A stretch of DNA of 64,000 bases from Octopus vulgaris (taxonomy: Eukaryota). Where the stretch lies: assembly GCA_951406725.2 (NCBI GenBank), contig OX597826.1, forward strand, positions 17,236,001-17,300,000, read 5' to 3'. Each line of letters begins with the position of its first letter. Position 1 is the stretch's first letter. The notes under the pieces were generated by a model, which worked only from the letters and a program-made list of their open reading frames with translations, was not told the DNA's origin and ran no database searches. The position numbers and the translations under genes were made by a program. This document shows positions 1-13,456 of this stretch, in pieces.

Positions 1-55
1 AAAGGGAGTGGATTTGCTGAATGAGGGGAGCGGTGGGGCATATGCCTTGTGATAT

Positions 56-300
56 ACTTTTATTCATTTACTTGTTTCAGTGATTCGACTGCGGTCATGC
101 TGGAGCACCGTCTTAAAAGGTTTTACTCGAAGAAATTGATCCCAGGACTTATTCTCCGTAAGTCTAGTACTCATTCTATCGGTTTCTTTGCCGAACAGCT
201 AAGTTACGGGGACATAAACACATCAAGCGATAGCGAGCAGGGACAAACACGGGCACAGACACACCCTCACACACACCACACACACCACACACACAGAAAC
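56..300 (-). mobile_element. tRNA-derived CORE-type SINE (family A), 3' half, running into an expanded (CA)/(CATA)n tract
   Basis: cttgtttcagtgattcgactgcggtcatgctggagcaccg...gccgaacagctaagttacggggac matches the other family A copies in this window. Confidence 0.85.
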
Positions 301-342
<42 letters not shown>

Positions 343-640
343 CATACATACATACACACATACATACATACATACATACACACATACATACATATGTTCA
401 CACATACATTCACACATACATACATACATACACACATACATACATATGTTCACACATACATTCACACACATACATACATACATACATACATACATACATT
501 CACACGTACATACACACATACATACATACATACATGCATACATGCATACATACATACATACATACATACATACATACATACATACATACATACATACATA
601 CATACATACATACATACATACATACATACACATATGCATA
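250..640. repeat. (CA)n/(TA)n/(CATA)n compound microsatellite
   Basis: Directly visible; source of the spurious HTYI/CMYV ORFs. Confidence 0.95.
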
Positions 641-1299
641 TACTGAATTTGAACCTCACTGGTATCAGCTTTCACTTTTATCCTACTAAATTGATAAGGT
701 AAGTATTTATTCAAATACTCGATCATGTGCTCTTTTCTCAGTATTACTGGTCCTGTGCCCCTATAATAAATGAAGTTTTATCCTATGCTGTTACTTATAT
801 ATTATCTATTTGCTTGTGAGTATTAGTTCTGTAGTATGCTTCAGCCTTCGCTGTCAGAGCCATACGCTAGAATACCACTTTCATGTCCATGGCCAGTCTA
901 CTTTATTTGATCGTATGAATATACAAAACTGGATGTTGGTCGACTGCCTTGTCGCTATGGTAACAATGACCACGACATGAGTGTTTGTTTATATACAAGT
1001 ATCTTGCTCTTCATAAATAATCTTCTCACTTTAAGTGTCAGTATGCGTTTGATTGAACGCATAACAATTCTTCATGAGAACCACTTAACTAGATGTCCTT
1101 TACCTGAAGAGGCTAGAATCATTAGACGCAATCAACTGAATGGCCACATTATACATTCAACTCATCAATTCCACTTGATATACGGATTCCAAAACAAAAT
1201 GTTACAAGAAATTACAAAATGTAAATTTCGATATTGCATTCGAGTGTGCGGATATGCTTTTGTGTACATTATATATGTATATTATGTGTGTGTGTACTT

Positions 1300-1370
<71 letters not shown>

Positions 1371-1427
1371 TACATATATATATATATAAAATATATATAT
1401 ATATATATATATGGATACATATATAAA

Positions 1428-1492
<65 letters not shown>

Positions 1493-1558
1493 TATGTAGT
1501 TATTCTACCAAATATATACGCTTTTATTATTATATTGCAATTTACTTAATCATCGGTA

Positions 1559-1942
1559 TACTCTTTTACTTGTTTCAGTCATTTGACTGCGGCCATGCTG
1601 GAGCACCGCTTTTAATCGAGCAACTCGACCCCGGGACTTATTCTTTTGTAAGCCCAGTACTTATTCTATTGGTCTCTTTTGCCGAACCGCTAAGTAACGG
1701 GGACGTAAACACACCAGCATCGGTTGTCAAGCAATGCTAGGGGGACAAACACAGAATCACAAACATACACGCACACACACATATATATATACACATATAC
1801 GACGGGCTTCTTTCAGTTTCCGTCTACCAAATCCATTGGTCGGCCCGGGGCTATAGCAGAAGACACTTGCCCAAGGTGCCACGCAGTGGGACTGAACCTG
1901 GAACCATGTGGTTGGTTAGCAAGCTACTTACCACACAGCCAC
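1559..1942 (-). mobile_element. Family A SINE, near full length, nested inside an HHR-family element
   Basis: Reverse complement has the A box TGGCTGTGTGG, a B box-like GGTTCAGTCCC, CORE-like gtggcaccttgggcaagt, an internal CA/TA tract and an (aaaagagt) tail. Confidence 0.9.
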
Positions 1943-2076
1943 TTTATTTTTTATATTTCTATTATATGTAATTTTCTAGATGGTGTAATTTAATTGTTCA
2001 TTTTGAATTCATAAAGAGTGGGGGGTTTTTTCTAATTTATATATATATATTTATATATATATGAGATGCAGCATGG

Positions 2077-2459
2077 ATTTTTGTCAGTGAACAGGTCGCG
2101 GTCTTAAAGCAACGAAAATATTTTGACAAATTAAACTTAAATGTTGAACGGCTTTTGTGTGTTTCTTAAATGGCTTACAAACACCTTCCACGCTGCAATT
2201 GTTTTCGTTTCAGCACATGATCTCAGATCAAATCACTTGCTATGCAAGTACATCTCCGTAAATATATATTTTTGTCAGTGAACAGGTCGCGGTCTTAAAG
2301 CAACCAAAATATTTTGACAAATTAAACTTAAATGTTCAACGGCTTTTGTGTGTTTCTTAAATGGCTTACAAACACCTTCCACGACGCAATTGTTTTCGTT
2401 TCAGCACACGATCTCAGATCAAATCACTTGCTATGCAAGTACATCTCCGTAAATATATA
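2077..2459. repeat. Tandem duplication, two copies of a 191 bp unit
   Basis: ttgtcagtgaacaggtcgcg...catctccgtaaatatatat starts at 2081 and again at 2272, with few substitutions. Confidence 0.92.
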
Positions 2460-2564
2460 TATTATATTTTGTGAAATTTGATTTAGTATTTCTAAATTGA
2501 ATTTTTTTCCTGTAAGTTAGGAATAATATCCCCTCAAATTATTATTATGTATGTATATATGTGC

Positions 2565-2618
<54 letters not shown>

Positions 2619-3064
2619 GCATATATATTTACGTGTGTGTGTTTACTTATTGAGTTCTGTCATTTACCATTTTTTGTGAATTAACAGAAGTGAATGTGTG
2701 GGGGCATGGTGTGTTTGTCTGCGTGCATGTGTGTGTATGTGTGTTTGCGTGTGTGTGAAAAAGAAAGAGAAGTTCACTTTGCAATATGCTTCTCGAGTTC
2801 GAATCCACTGTGTGGAATTTTCACCGTGTGTCTTCTGCCGTAAGAGCGAGTTTTGTGAATGATCTTGAGTAAATGCCAGTTTAATTAACCGTACTTGTAG
2901 TCAAAAGACCACCTTTGCCACGTTCTTTCTCATGCTGATGCTGTTTTAAGTTATGTGAAAAAGTCTCTGAGAAATGCTGAATTCAGTTGAGCAGACAACT
3001 AGATATTCATCAGCGAAATTCAAGTAGGCCCTGTTTACTTCTATTTAGTTATCCTATGTGTACG

Positions 3065-3128
<64 letters not shown>

Positions 3129-3445
3129 CACATGTTATTATATACGTTTGCATGACATGCGAGTGTGCTGTTCAAATACTATAGTATGAATTTATTTGAA
3201 TAATATTAAAGCACGTGAACAGAAACGCTAACCATAATTTTAGAATAATATTTAGATTGAAATGACTTACAGGTGCAGCTAGGGAGTGTCACTGGTTTTA
3301 ATGTATCTGGAAAGCTCAAGTTTATCTTTGCAAAGACATTTCTGCACATATTTCTATATCTCAGCACAAGAAAATTTCTGCTAACAAAATGTCGTAAATT
3401 TAAATGTGTTCTTAAAATTTTATTATGCGTCTTATTTTATACCTA

Positions 3446-3646
3446 ATCCTTTCTACTGTGGACACAAGGCCTGAAGTTTTAGGGAAAAGAGCTAGTCGAT
3501 TATATCGACCCCAGTGCTCCATTGGTACTTATTTTATCGACCCACCACCACCAAGAATGAAAGACAAAGTCGACTTCAGTGGAGTTTAAACTCAGAACGT
3601 AAAGACGGACGAAATGCTGCTAAGAATTTTGCCCACTGGGCCGCCG
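3446..3646 (-). mobile_element. Family B SINE, degenerate
   Basis: Reverse complement of gttctgagtt...gtcgactttg..tttcat...gtcgataaaataagtacc, matching the copy at 60233. Confidence 0.75.
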
Positions 3647-5687
3647 TTAATGCATAGTAACATATTAATATAAATATTTCATTTAAACGTAACGCTAAAG
3701 TAAACTTTCTGGAGCCGATAGTTTTAGTCGAGCGATCATCTCTAGCATATAAAATCGTATTACATTATATATATTGAAGGATGAAAGATGCGATCAATTC
3801 AGAGATTGTTCAACCACATACTAGAGTGATAAAGTGCGGGCAATCATCTAATTGCAGCTTTCTGGTATACTGGATATTTTTACATAATATATATATCTAT
3901 GGTCATATCGTTCTTGTTCTGTTGCTGTGACTATCCGTGACGAATATTCAGCTCTGGTTCGGTTTTAAACTGCCTTCTTTTCTGGTCTAATATTTTTATG
4001 ACTAAGGTACCCCGTATCTTCATTCCCTCTTTACGATTGATGGTAGAGGGAGATATTCTACAATTTCTAAAACTTTGTAGGCTGGATAATAGTCGTATGT
4101 AATTGATATCTAGTCTCAAGTCAACCCTGATAGAGCAGACTAACAGCCAATGATTATCAAGTGAAGACTTTAGCAATATACGTGTTTATTGATACGTCAT
4201 CTTCATTATCACACTATTTTCATGTGTTCATTTTTAAGACAGTAGGGTATGATTTTGAAGGGAAATTGGTCGCTATTTCTTGTATATTATAATACTGCAT
4301 AAAGACAAGTGAAGTTTGAGATTAATAACTCGTCATCGGTTATTCCCAGTAGTATAATTGGCTTTAATTTAAGCACATGACTCTCAAATTTGAAATGAGT
4401 ATGGTTAGTCAATTACAGTGACACCAGTATTAGAGAGATACTTAACATTATCCCCCTCGGAATTATAAAAGTTGAAATCGACTTCTTGTGAATTAACGCT
4501 GTAATGATTCTGCTGATCCTCTACGCCTAGTCCCAGTAATATAAGCTTGTCTATTCAAACGACTGTCACAAATGAAGCCTTATTGCTCAGATAAACTTTA
4601 ATGGAATCAATTTTTTTAATCGAATTTCAAAATCGCCATAATGTACTTGAGCTATTTTGCGATTTTCTTTGAAATATTGTTTCCACGTTCTGGAGAAACA
4701 AAATAATAGATTCAGTACATTCACTGGTAGAGATTCTTTACTATTTGTTTCACTTGCCCTGTATAAACCTATCATGTTCGCTTCTAAGTAAAAAGGTATT
4801 TGTTTTGGAAGACAGTGTCCGAGTTTACAGCCTTATAATGGTCGACGTACCCTGCTTTAACATCTATTTAAATCAAAGAATGTTTTCATATAATCAATCA
4901 AAAGCCATTTAGTTGCATTTTAAATACGTTGCAAACAGGCCACAACGACAAAAAGAAAGGATGCTTCCAAAGAAATCGGTCGGCTTTTTCTGTGAAAATA
5001 TATCGGGTAGTCTATAAAATAATTCTAACTACTGAAATTTGTGTTCATATGGGGTTAGTATTGAAGTATTTCAGAACTTGTCACTTTCACATTCAATATT
5101 TTATTCGCCTTAACTAAAAGGAAAGCTAATCACAAGATAAAATATTACTAAAAGTAACTTGTTTTGACATCATCGAATCACTGAGTTTTAGTATGATGAA
5201 TTGACAAAAGCAAATTTTATTTACTCACTTTCTTTCTAAAGATCTATACACTATTTCAACGTAACACCAAAAAACATATCTAAAATTTAAGCATATGCCA
5301 ATAGCGGTTTATATAAAATGCTATTAAACAACTTAAAACTATATTTGAGAATTTGATATTGCATGTTCTTTATGCAATTTTATAGAAACCATACATCGGA
5401 AGATATTTCCAATTCTAAAAAGGTATTCTCCGGTGTTTTGTATGAAAATATTCGATATATTGCTTAATACAACTTGAACCACTTTTTAAGTCAAATTCTT
5501 TACATACGATCTGAGAATATTAAGACGTTTGAAAGCTTTTATGATAAATAAATTTCTGTAGTGCAGCAACTTTCTTAACCCTTTGTTTCCACTGTCTTAT
5601 ATAAGGAGAGTTACTGCTAATGCAGGAGTTAATAGCTTAACATAATGACCCGTATACATGTATACATATTCATTTTCATATATATAT

Positions 5688-5733
<46 letters not shown>

Positions 5734-5995
5734 TTTATATGTATATAGGTAAGTCTGTGTGTATATATATATATATATAAAATATATATAGGCACGCATG
5801 TATGTATGTTTGTACGTATAACAACTATTGTTTCTATGTGGAGTTATAGATAAAACAATTTAGCATTAAACTGGGGGAACATTCAAATATCCTAGCAGAT
5901 TCCATATTCACTTTTAGAAAGAAAAGCTTGACAGTGACTGTAAACTAGCCTTACAGATTCTGCAATAGCTGATAAACCGAGCCTTCTATCTTAAT

Positions 5996-6069
<74 letters not shown>

Positions 6070-6115
6070 TGTATGTATGTATGTATATATATATATATAT
6101 ATATACATATATATA

Positions 6116-6231
6116 TACACATATATATAAAACATAGAGTTAAAGTCTGGTCATAGAGTGACCAATGTTTTCGTATATATACACGAAAACATTGATCACT
6201 CTATGACCAGACTTTAACTCTATGTTTTATA

Positions 6232-6240
<9 letters not shown>
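6116..6240. repeat. Near-perfect hairpin with ~59 bp arms, inside a TA microsatellite
   Basis: aacatagagttaaagtctggtcatagagtgaccaatgttttcgt pairs with acgaaaacattgatcactctatgaccagactttaactctatgtt; one mismatch. Confidence 0.95.
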
Positions 6241-6272
<32 letters not shown>

Positions 6273-6286
6273 CATACAGACATACA

Positions 6287-6404
<118 letters not shown>

Positions 6405-6550
6405 AGAAAGCGCTAATAATCCGAATGATATGATCTGAATGATATGATATATATATATGTAAAAAATGTAATATATAAATAAATATCTATAAATATGAAC
6501 CATCCGATCTTCTGATTACCTCATTTCTTCTAATATATATATATATATAC

Positions 6551-6625
<75 letters not shown>

Positions 6626-6650
6626 TAGATAGACAGATAGATACGTATTA

Positions 6651-6958
6651 TGTGGCACCTTGGGTAAGTAAGTGTCTTCTAGTATAGCTTCTGGCCGACC
6701 AAAACCTTGTAAGTGGATTTGGTAGACGGAAACTGGAAGAAACTCGTCATATATATATGAATGTGTGTCTGTGTTTGTGCCCCCACCACCACCACCATAG
6801 CTTGACAAACGATGTTAGTGTGTTTACCCAACGGTTCGGCAAAAGCAGCCGATAGAATAAGTAGTAGAATGAATCCTGGGGGAGATTTGTTAGACTAAAG
6901 GCTGTGCTCCAGCATGGCTGCAGTCAAATGATTGAAACAAGTAAAAGAATAAAAGAAT
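6651..6958 (+). mobile_element. Family A SINE, 5'-truncated
   Basis: tgtggcaccttggg...gtggatttggtagacggaaactg...cagcatggctgcagtcaaatgattgaaacaagtaaaagaat. Confidence 0.88.
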
Positions 6959-7192
6959 ATATACATTGGTGTGTATGAGTGTATATATAAATAAGAAACT
7001 GAGATGACAAAGGAATAAGTAAATATCTTATTAACTCCATTAGCTTACAACTGTTTCTACTCTAAGATGCCGTGGACTTATAGTTGAGTGCCTGAGGAAC
7101 ACATCACATGTCGACATAAGTGTGTGCCAGAGGGAATTATTTTCGTATAAGCTTTAAGGAATCTAAGTCTACTAAAAATTTAGTTGTTTCAA

Positions 7193-7563
7193 TACTCTTT
7201 ACTCTTTTACTTGTTTCAGTCATTTGACTGCGGCCATGCTGGAGCACCGCCTTTAGTCGGGCAAATCGACCCGGGACTTATTCTTTGTAAGCCCAGTACT
7301 TATTCTATCGGTCTGTTTTGCCGAACCGCTAAGTGACGGGGACGTAAACACGCCAGCATCGGTTGTCAAGCAATGCTAGGGGGACAAACACACACACACA
7401 CATATATATATATATACGACAGGCTTCTTTCAGTTTCCGTCTACCAACTCCACTCACAAGGCATTGGTCGGCCCGGGGCTATAGCAGAAGACACTAGCCC
7501 AAGGTGCCACACAGTGGGACTGAACCCGGAACCATGTGGTTACCACACAGCCACTCCTGCGCC
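7193..7563 (-). mobile_element. Family A SINE, full length
   Basis: Runs from the tail (tactctttt) to the head (cacagccactcctgcgcc). Confidence 0.92.
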
Positions 7564-8577
7564 TATGTATAAAATGTATAAAATCTATGATTAAATACTA
7601 CGATTGTCTTTCTTTCCACAAATCAGAACTCACTTGACATTTGTTAGTAATTCTAAAGTTCATCGACGATTATAGTACCTACATGATACTTTATATATAT
7701 ATTTACTGCCTGAATTACCATCGAATATTGCCCACAAAACATTACAATGCATTCCCTTTGTCAGAATTTTGCCAATCATATAAATAGCACTAAACATTTA
7801 ATTTGCTTACTCTTCCGATGTCTTGAAGAAATCCTTTCAGGTGCATTAACTTTGAACCATAACAAAAATTTAATTCCAATGGCCGATTTGCATCTGTCTC
7901 GCATTTTCTTTCGTTCTGGAGCAACGAGTCAAGTTATTCATATTTCCAACTTATTATAACTATGTCGCAAGACAGGGCACGTACATACAGGGCACGCAAG
8001 TAACATAAAAAAAACTATCCAAAAGCATACTTGTAGCAGTAAGTGCACATCTATATGGTCTTGCTTCCAGCCAGAAATAATAGCTAAATCTATCTCAAAG
8101 GTTACTTTTCATAATACAAAAGGAGAACATATAAGTTACTATAGTTCGAAATACTCTGTGAACATGCAGGACAGATTTGCCTATTCAAGGACAAGTAAGG
8201 CTAAATACAGCAAAGCATTTATTTCTATACAGAGAAATTCTATTGTTTGTTTTATGGATTACATCACTCAAACTAACAAAGCTTTTTATTCCAACAGTTA
8301 GAAAACCTATAATACCAATAGTTTATACTATTTCATTTTGCAGCATTCTGTGGGAAAATCTTTTGTGGTATTACGATTGATAATTTCAGAGGAAAACTGC
8401 GATTCAATCGATGTTCAAAAATGCTTTCGTATCCTGCAATATTAGGTGGAGTTCACTTTGCGGTAGCGTGTTTCGAGTCCGATCCGAATACTAAGCAGTT
8501 TATGAAATCTCTTCTCTACCATAGCATGCTGCTGTTACAGACATCCGTTACAGACAGACAGACTAACAGACACATAA

Positions 8578-8664
<87 letters not shown>

Positions 8665-8674
8665 TAGATGGATG

Positions 8675-8757
<83 letters not shown>

Positions 8758-9335
8758 TTTCTTAATCCAAAACTGTAACGCCATTGTGGCGCTATTGTTA
8801 ATCAAAACTGATATAAAATAACATAAATGCAGTGAAGATGCTAGTTTATACCAGGTAATTTTTTTAAGAAAATTCCTGAAATGGCTTGCACTTTATTAGT
8901 CTATGACTAAGTAGACGTCTGCAAGAAGCCATTTTTCTTTCTCATTTCTGTTTATCACGCATTAATCAAACCTTATTTCAATATAAAGATACTTAAAAAC
9001 ATTCACCTATTGGACAGCATGACACCTAGTCTCCCTCAACATGAAAACAAAATCATATTAAAAGTTAAAGAACCAGCTTTGCAGCACTACATCCTCTGGA
9101 TTAATAAATAATTCTCAACTAAAACATTCAAAGTTTCTACAAACGCTAATCGTCACAGTCTTTGATGATCTCACAAAACGGTTTCGCCGTTGACTAATCT
9201 GCAACACAGATGTTAGGTTCTTCATCACAATGAAAATATAATTTATCTCTGCTACATAAATATTCTACATCATATGTAATGTAGAGTGTTTGTTTATGTA
9301 AGCAGCAGTGTCAAAAAACCGCGCGTGTGTGAGTG

Positions 9336-9386
<51 letters not shown>

Positions 9387-9398
9387 CATGTGTATATG

Positions 9399-9548
9399 TA
9401 CGACGGATCCTTGGCTTATTTCTGTTTCTGCCAGTCAAATCCACTCAGAAGGCTTTAGTCGGCCCAAGGCTATATTAGAAGGTGCTACACAGTGTGACTG
9501 AACCCCGAACTATTTCATTGGGAAGCAAGCTTCTTGCCAGACAGCCAT
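9399..9548 (-). mobile_element. Family A SINE, 5' half, degenerate
   Basis: caaatccactcagaaggctttagtcggccc...actgaacccc...acagcca. Confidence 0.75.
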
Positions 9549-10240
9549 TTCTTACATTCTACAAAGGTTCCTGCTGTTTCTTCAAATGATGTAACATATA
9601 CTTAGCTTCAGTCTTTCTTTCTTTCTTTTGTTTTGTTTTGTTTTGTTTTTGTTTTGTTTTTCTGCTCAAAACGGAGAGATGGCATTTTGTTCGATTCTCT
9701 ATTGAACTTACCAATTTAACGCCTTGACATCATCTAACACAATAACAGTGCTTCTGTTTCATTAAACTTTTCTTAAAAGCTATCAGTCTGTGACAATGCC
9801 TCAGATAAATAAATAGAGCAATAAATATAATGGAAATAGCAATATTTTAAAATATTTATTCGCTTATGCTAGCGTCCAATCGATGTAGATTGGTAATCTT
9901 TTTTTTTTGCATCTCCAAACACAACAAAACTTATGGACTGCGACATTCATCATCCGCTTGACTATAGTGGCTACACTAAACAACTAAACAGTATAAAACT
10001 TATTGCATCCACTTTTTTCTCCGTAGTTTGAATATTTCCACCAGATATTAAAAAGCAGTTCAAACCCCCAGAGATAAAAGAAGATATTTTAAAATTTATA
10101 AATTTACAAAATTTATAAATTTATAAAATTTATAAATTTATAAAATTTATAAATTTATAAATTTATAACATAAATGGCGGTGCCCCAGCATGGCCACAGC
10201 TTGTGAGCTGAAACTAAATACAATAAAAATAAAATAAATA

Positions 10241-10668
10241 CGAGCAGGAGTGGATGTGTGGTAAGTAGCTTGCTTACCAACCACATGGTTCCGGGTTCAT
10301 TCCCACTGCGTAGCACCTTGGGCAAGTGTCTTCTACTATAGCCTCGGGCCAACCAAAGCCTTGTAAGTGGATTTGGTAGACGGAAACTAAAAGAATCCCG
10401 TCGTATATATGTATATGTGTGTGTGTGTGTGAGAGAGAGAGTGTGTCCGCGCGCTTTTATGTGTTTGTGTTTGTCTTCCCAACATCGCTTGACAACCGAT
10501 GCTGGTGTGTTTACATCCCCGTAACTTAGCAGTTCAGCAAAAGAGACCGATAGAATAAGTACTAGGCTTACAAAGAATAAGTCCTGGGGTCGATTTGCTT
10601 GACTAAAGGCAGTACTCCAGCATGGCCACAGTCAAATGACTGGAACAAGTAAAAGAGTAAAGAGTAAA
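10241..10668 (+). mobile_element. Family A SINE, full length
   Basis: gcaggagtggatgtgtggtaagtagcttgc...ggttccgggttcattcccactgcgtagcaccttgggcaagt...aaagagtaaagagta. Confidence 0.92.
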
Positions 10669-11597
10669 GCGTCTAAAACTGAATTCTAGTCTAAACGTTC
10701 TAAAACAAAACGGCTCGAATTTGGAGATAAGTTTCTCATATCTAAAATAATTGAGTTAAAGCATATGCTATCAATGTAAGTGAGAGCTAACCTATACACC
10801 TCAAGTTTTTCATTGGAAGTAATTGTAAAACAGCTATATGACTAAGGAGATTTGTAACAAGAAATCTTGTGGGGTTGAATGAAATTAACAAACAGTTCTG
10901 TTTCTAAATTGCCTGTAGTATGTGCTATATTATAGCGAACAATGTAATCAAGGGGTATGGAAGATAAAATTTTCGTTAAAACACTCGATTTTAAACTATA
11001 AAATATCTCAGGATTGTCAATATATTTAGGTTATGCAATAAAACTTTCAGATTCAAACTACACCCATTCCTATACATACAAAAATACAATTCGTTAAAGT
11101 CGTAAATTAGTCAGGACTATATCTTTGACACAAATCTAGAATTAATCATACGTTTTATAGTTATAATCAACGCATTATACGTGTTCTGGGTATATTCAAC
11201 CATATTGTGATTCGAAGTAATCAACATGGAATCAATCATTCAAATGTGATTATAGGCCAGACATCAGGTATTAACTATTATCTTCTACGTGCTATTATTA
11301 TTAATATAATGGATATGAACTTAATTAATACAATATTTCACTTGTTTGGAACATAAAATAGTGAAATATTGAACTCACATACAATAAAGAGTATATTGCA
11401 GGAAGCAACTACCTCGTGGGAAAAGATTTTAAAAAATTCGTTTGATCACAAAAGGAGAACGTTTTGATATTTCCTCACTCATCGGAATAATAGAAACACT
11501 GAATCAAAGCACCACTGCTCGAAGAATGTCTCGCGTTTTCTCTCAGCATCTAAAAAGATCAATCAATTTTCATTTTTCATTGCCATTCTTGAATATT

Positions 11598-11750
<153 letters not shown>

Positions 11751-11827
11751 TGAATAACAGTTTGACAAAGTTTTGTAGGCGTAGGACACGGCCATAAAAC
11801 AACGTATTGTGGAGATGAATCAACTAA

Positions 11828-11867
<40 letters not shown>

Positions 11868-11919
11868 CGTTACAGTTCCAAGCATTTAGTTGATTCAGCT
11901 CCACAATACTTTGTATGTA

Positions 11920-11993
<74 letters not shown>

Positions 11994-12609
11994 TAACATC
12001 CCAGTAATACTCTGGTGCTCTAAAGTAGCCTCAGTACTTGATGAGACAACACATCTCATTCTTTGAAGGAGTCAATTTAATATTCGATACCTGTTCAGAC
12101 ATTTCATATTTACTTTATGTTCTTATTCCGGCAGCGATAATATTAGCTGGCATGTCTCCAAGTAGATAAAATCAGTATCACTTATGTAGCAGTGCTAATT
12201 CACTCGTGTATACTATTCTCACCTTAATCTGTGTTCGTGTAGAAATCATTAGAAGAAATTATTATTAATCTAATTAATAGTTTCTATCTTTGCGACGATG
12301 TGCTTACGTAACTTTTAACTACATTTCATAATTGTGAGGTTTCCTGTCTGAATACGACTGGAATATAATGAAAGATATGTACGATTCTTGTGTATTTCTG
12401 ACATCAGCAGATATGACTGCTGTTCCATCATGTACGATGTTAATTAAGACTAACAAGTGGGCTTTTCAACACATTTGGTGAACATGAACATCTATATATA
12501 AAAATCATCTTGAAACAGTTTCTTGGAAAGTAAGGCAAACAAATAATTACGTGCGCGCGTTTTAGTGTATTCGAGTGAGTGTGTGCATGTTTATTTATTT
12601 ATGCGAATA

Positions 12610-12671
<62 letters not shown>

Positions 12672-12716
12672 TGTATGTATGTATGTATATATATATATAT
12701 ATGTATATATATAGTG

Positions 12717-12858
12717 ACGTATATTTGCCATTTAAATATGGTCAACCCATAAGGGTGGATGCTACTGTAGTTTGTAGCTCCAGGTGGTGTCCTCCTGCGG
12801 CTACAAACAGTAGCATCCACCCTTAGGAGTTAGCCATATTTAAATGGCAAATATACGT
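12717..12858. repeat. Imperfect hairpin with ~60 bp arms, next to TA tracts
   Basis: acgtatatttgccatttaaatatgg...aagggtggatgctactgt pairs with acagtagcatccaccctta...ccatatttaaatggcaaatatacgt. Confidence 0.9.
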
Positions 12859-12910
12859 AACGATGTGTTGTAGCTACTGTTTATAACTCGCTCTGACATT
12901 TATTATTCCC

Positions 12911-12996
<86 letters not shown>

Positions 12997-13025
12997 CATA
13001 TATATACATATATATATATATATAA

Positions 13026-13408
13026 AGACTTAGTAATTTTAATACTTCTATTATTGAAAACAAGTGGATGTATTCCACTGTAACTAGGTAAATAAAATCT
13101 TCGAACAGACGGTCAGTAGCGACACCTGCTGGTTCTGACTACGCTGCATTGATAAAGGGCAACAATCCTGAAACATGTCTGCAGATGTCTGACTAGCAAG
13201 GTGAGGCGGCTGACCTCCCCTGTTCGAAGGTTGTAATGTACGCAGGTCCGTGTGTCATATAGCTAGCTAGAGGCGGTGGCCTCTTGGAGCTAATCAGCGA
13301 CAGCTTTAGTCTTATATTTAGACTGCCATATTAGTATGCCGATAACTATTAATATCCAGTAACGCTGCCGTAATCTCCTTTAGAGAGACTTAGTAATTTT
13401 AATATTTC

Positions 13409-13413
<5 letters not shown>
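13026..13413 (+). mobile_element. Terminally redundant 360 bp HHR-bearing element (retrozyme/PLE pLTR-like), embedded in (TA)n
   Basis: 28 bp direct repeat agacttagtaattttaata(c/t)ttctatta at 13026 and 13386. Internal HHR at 13144-13184. A diverged homologue lies on the opposite strand at ~38043-38310. Confidence 0.75.
13144..13184 (+). ncRNA. Type I hammerhead ribozyme, U3-A8 core variant
   Basis: ctgca-TTGATAA-aggg caacaa tcct-GAAAC at GTC-tgcag: 5 bp stem I, 4 bp stem II, palindromic stem III ACATGT, GUC cleavage site. Confidence 0.7.

Positions 13414-13456
<43 letters not shown>

Noticed and set aside
3271-3407. Minus-strand open segment with a gtaagt donor (RNFLVLRY...LPSCT)
   Set aside because: The phase does not match the known exon and there is no recognisable receptor motif.
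10241-10320. tRNA gene
   Set aside because: The A/B boxes belong to the tRNA-derived SINE head and continue into the SINE body; no complete cloverleaf.
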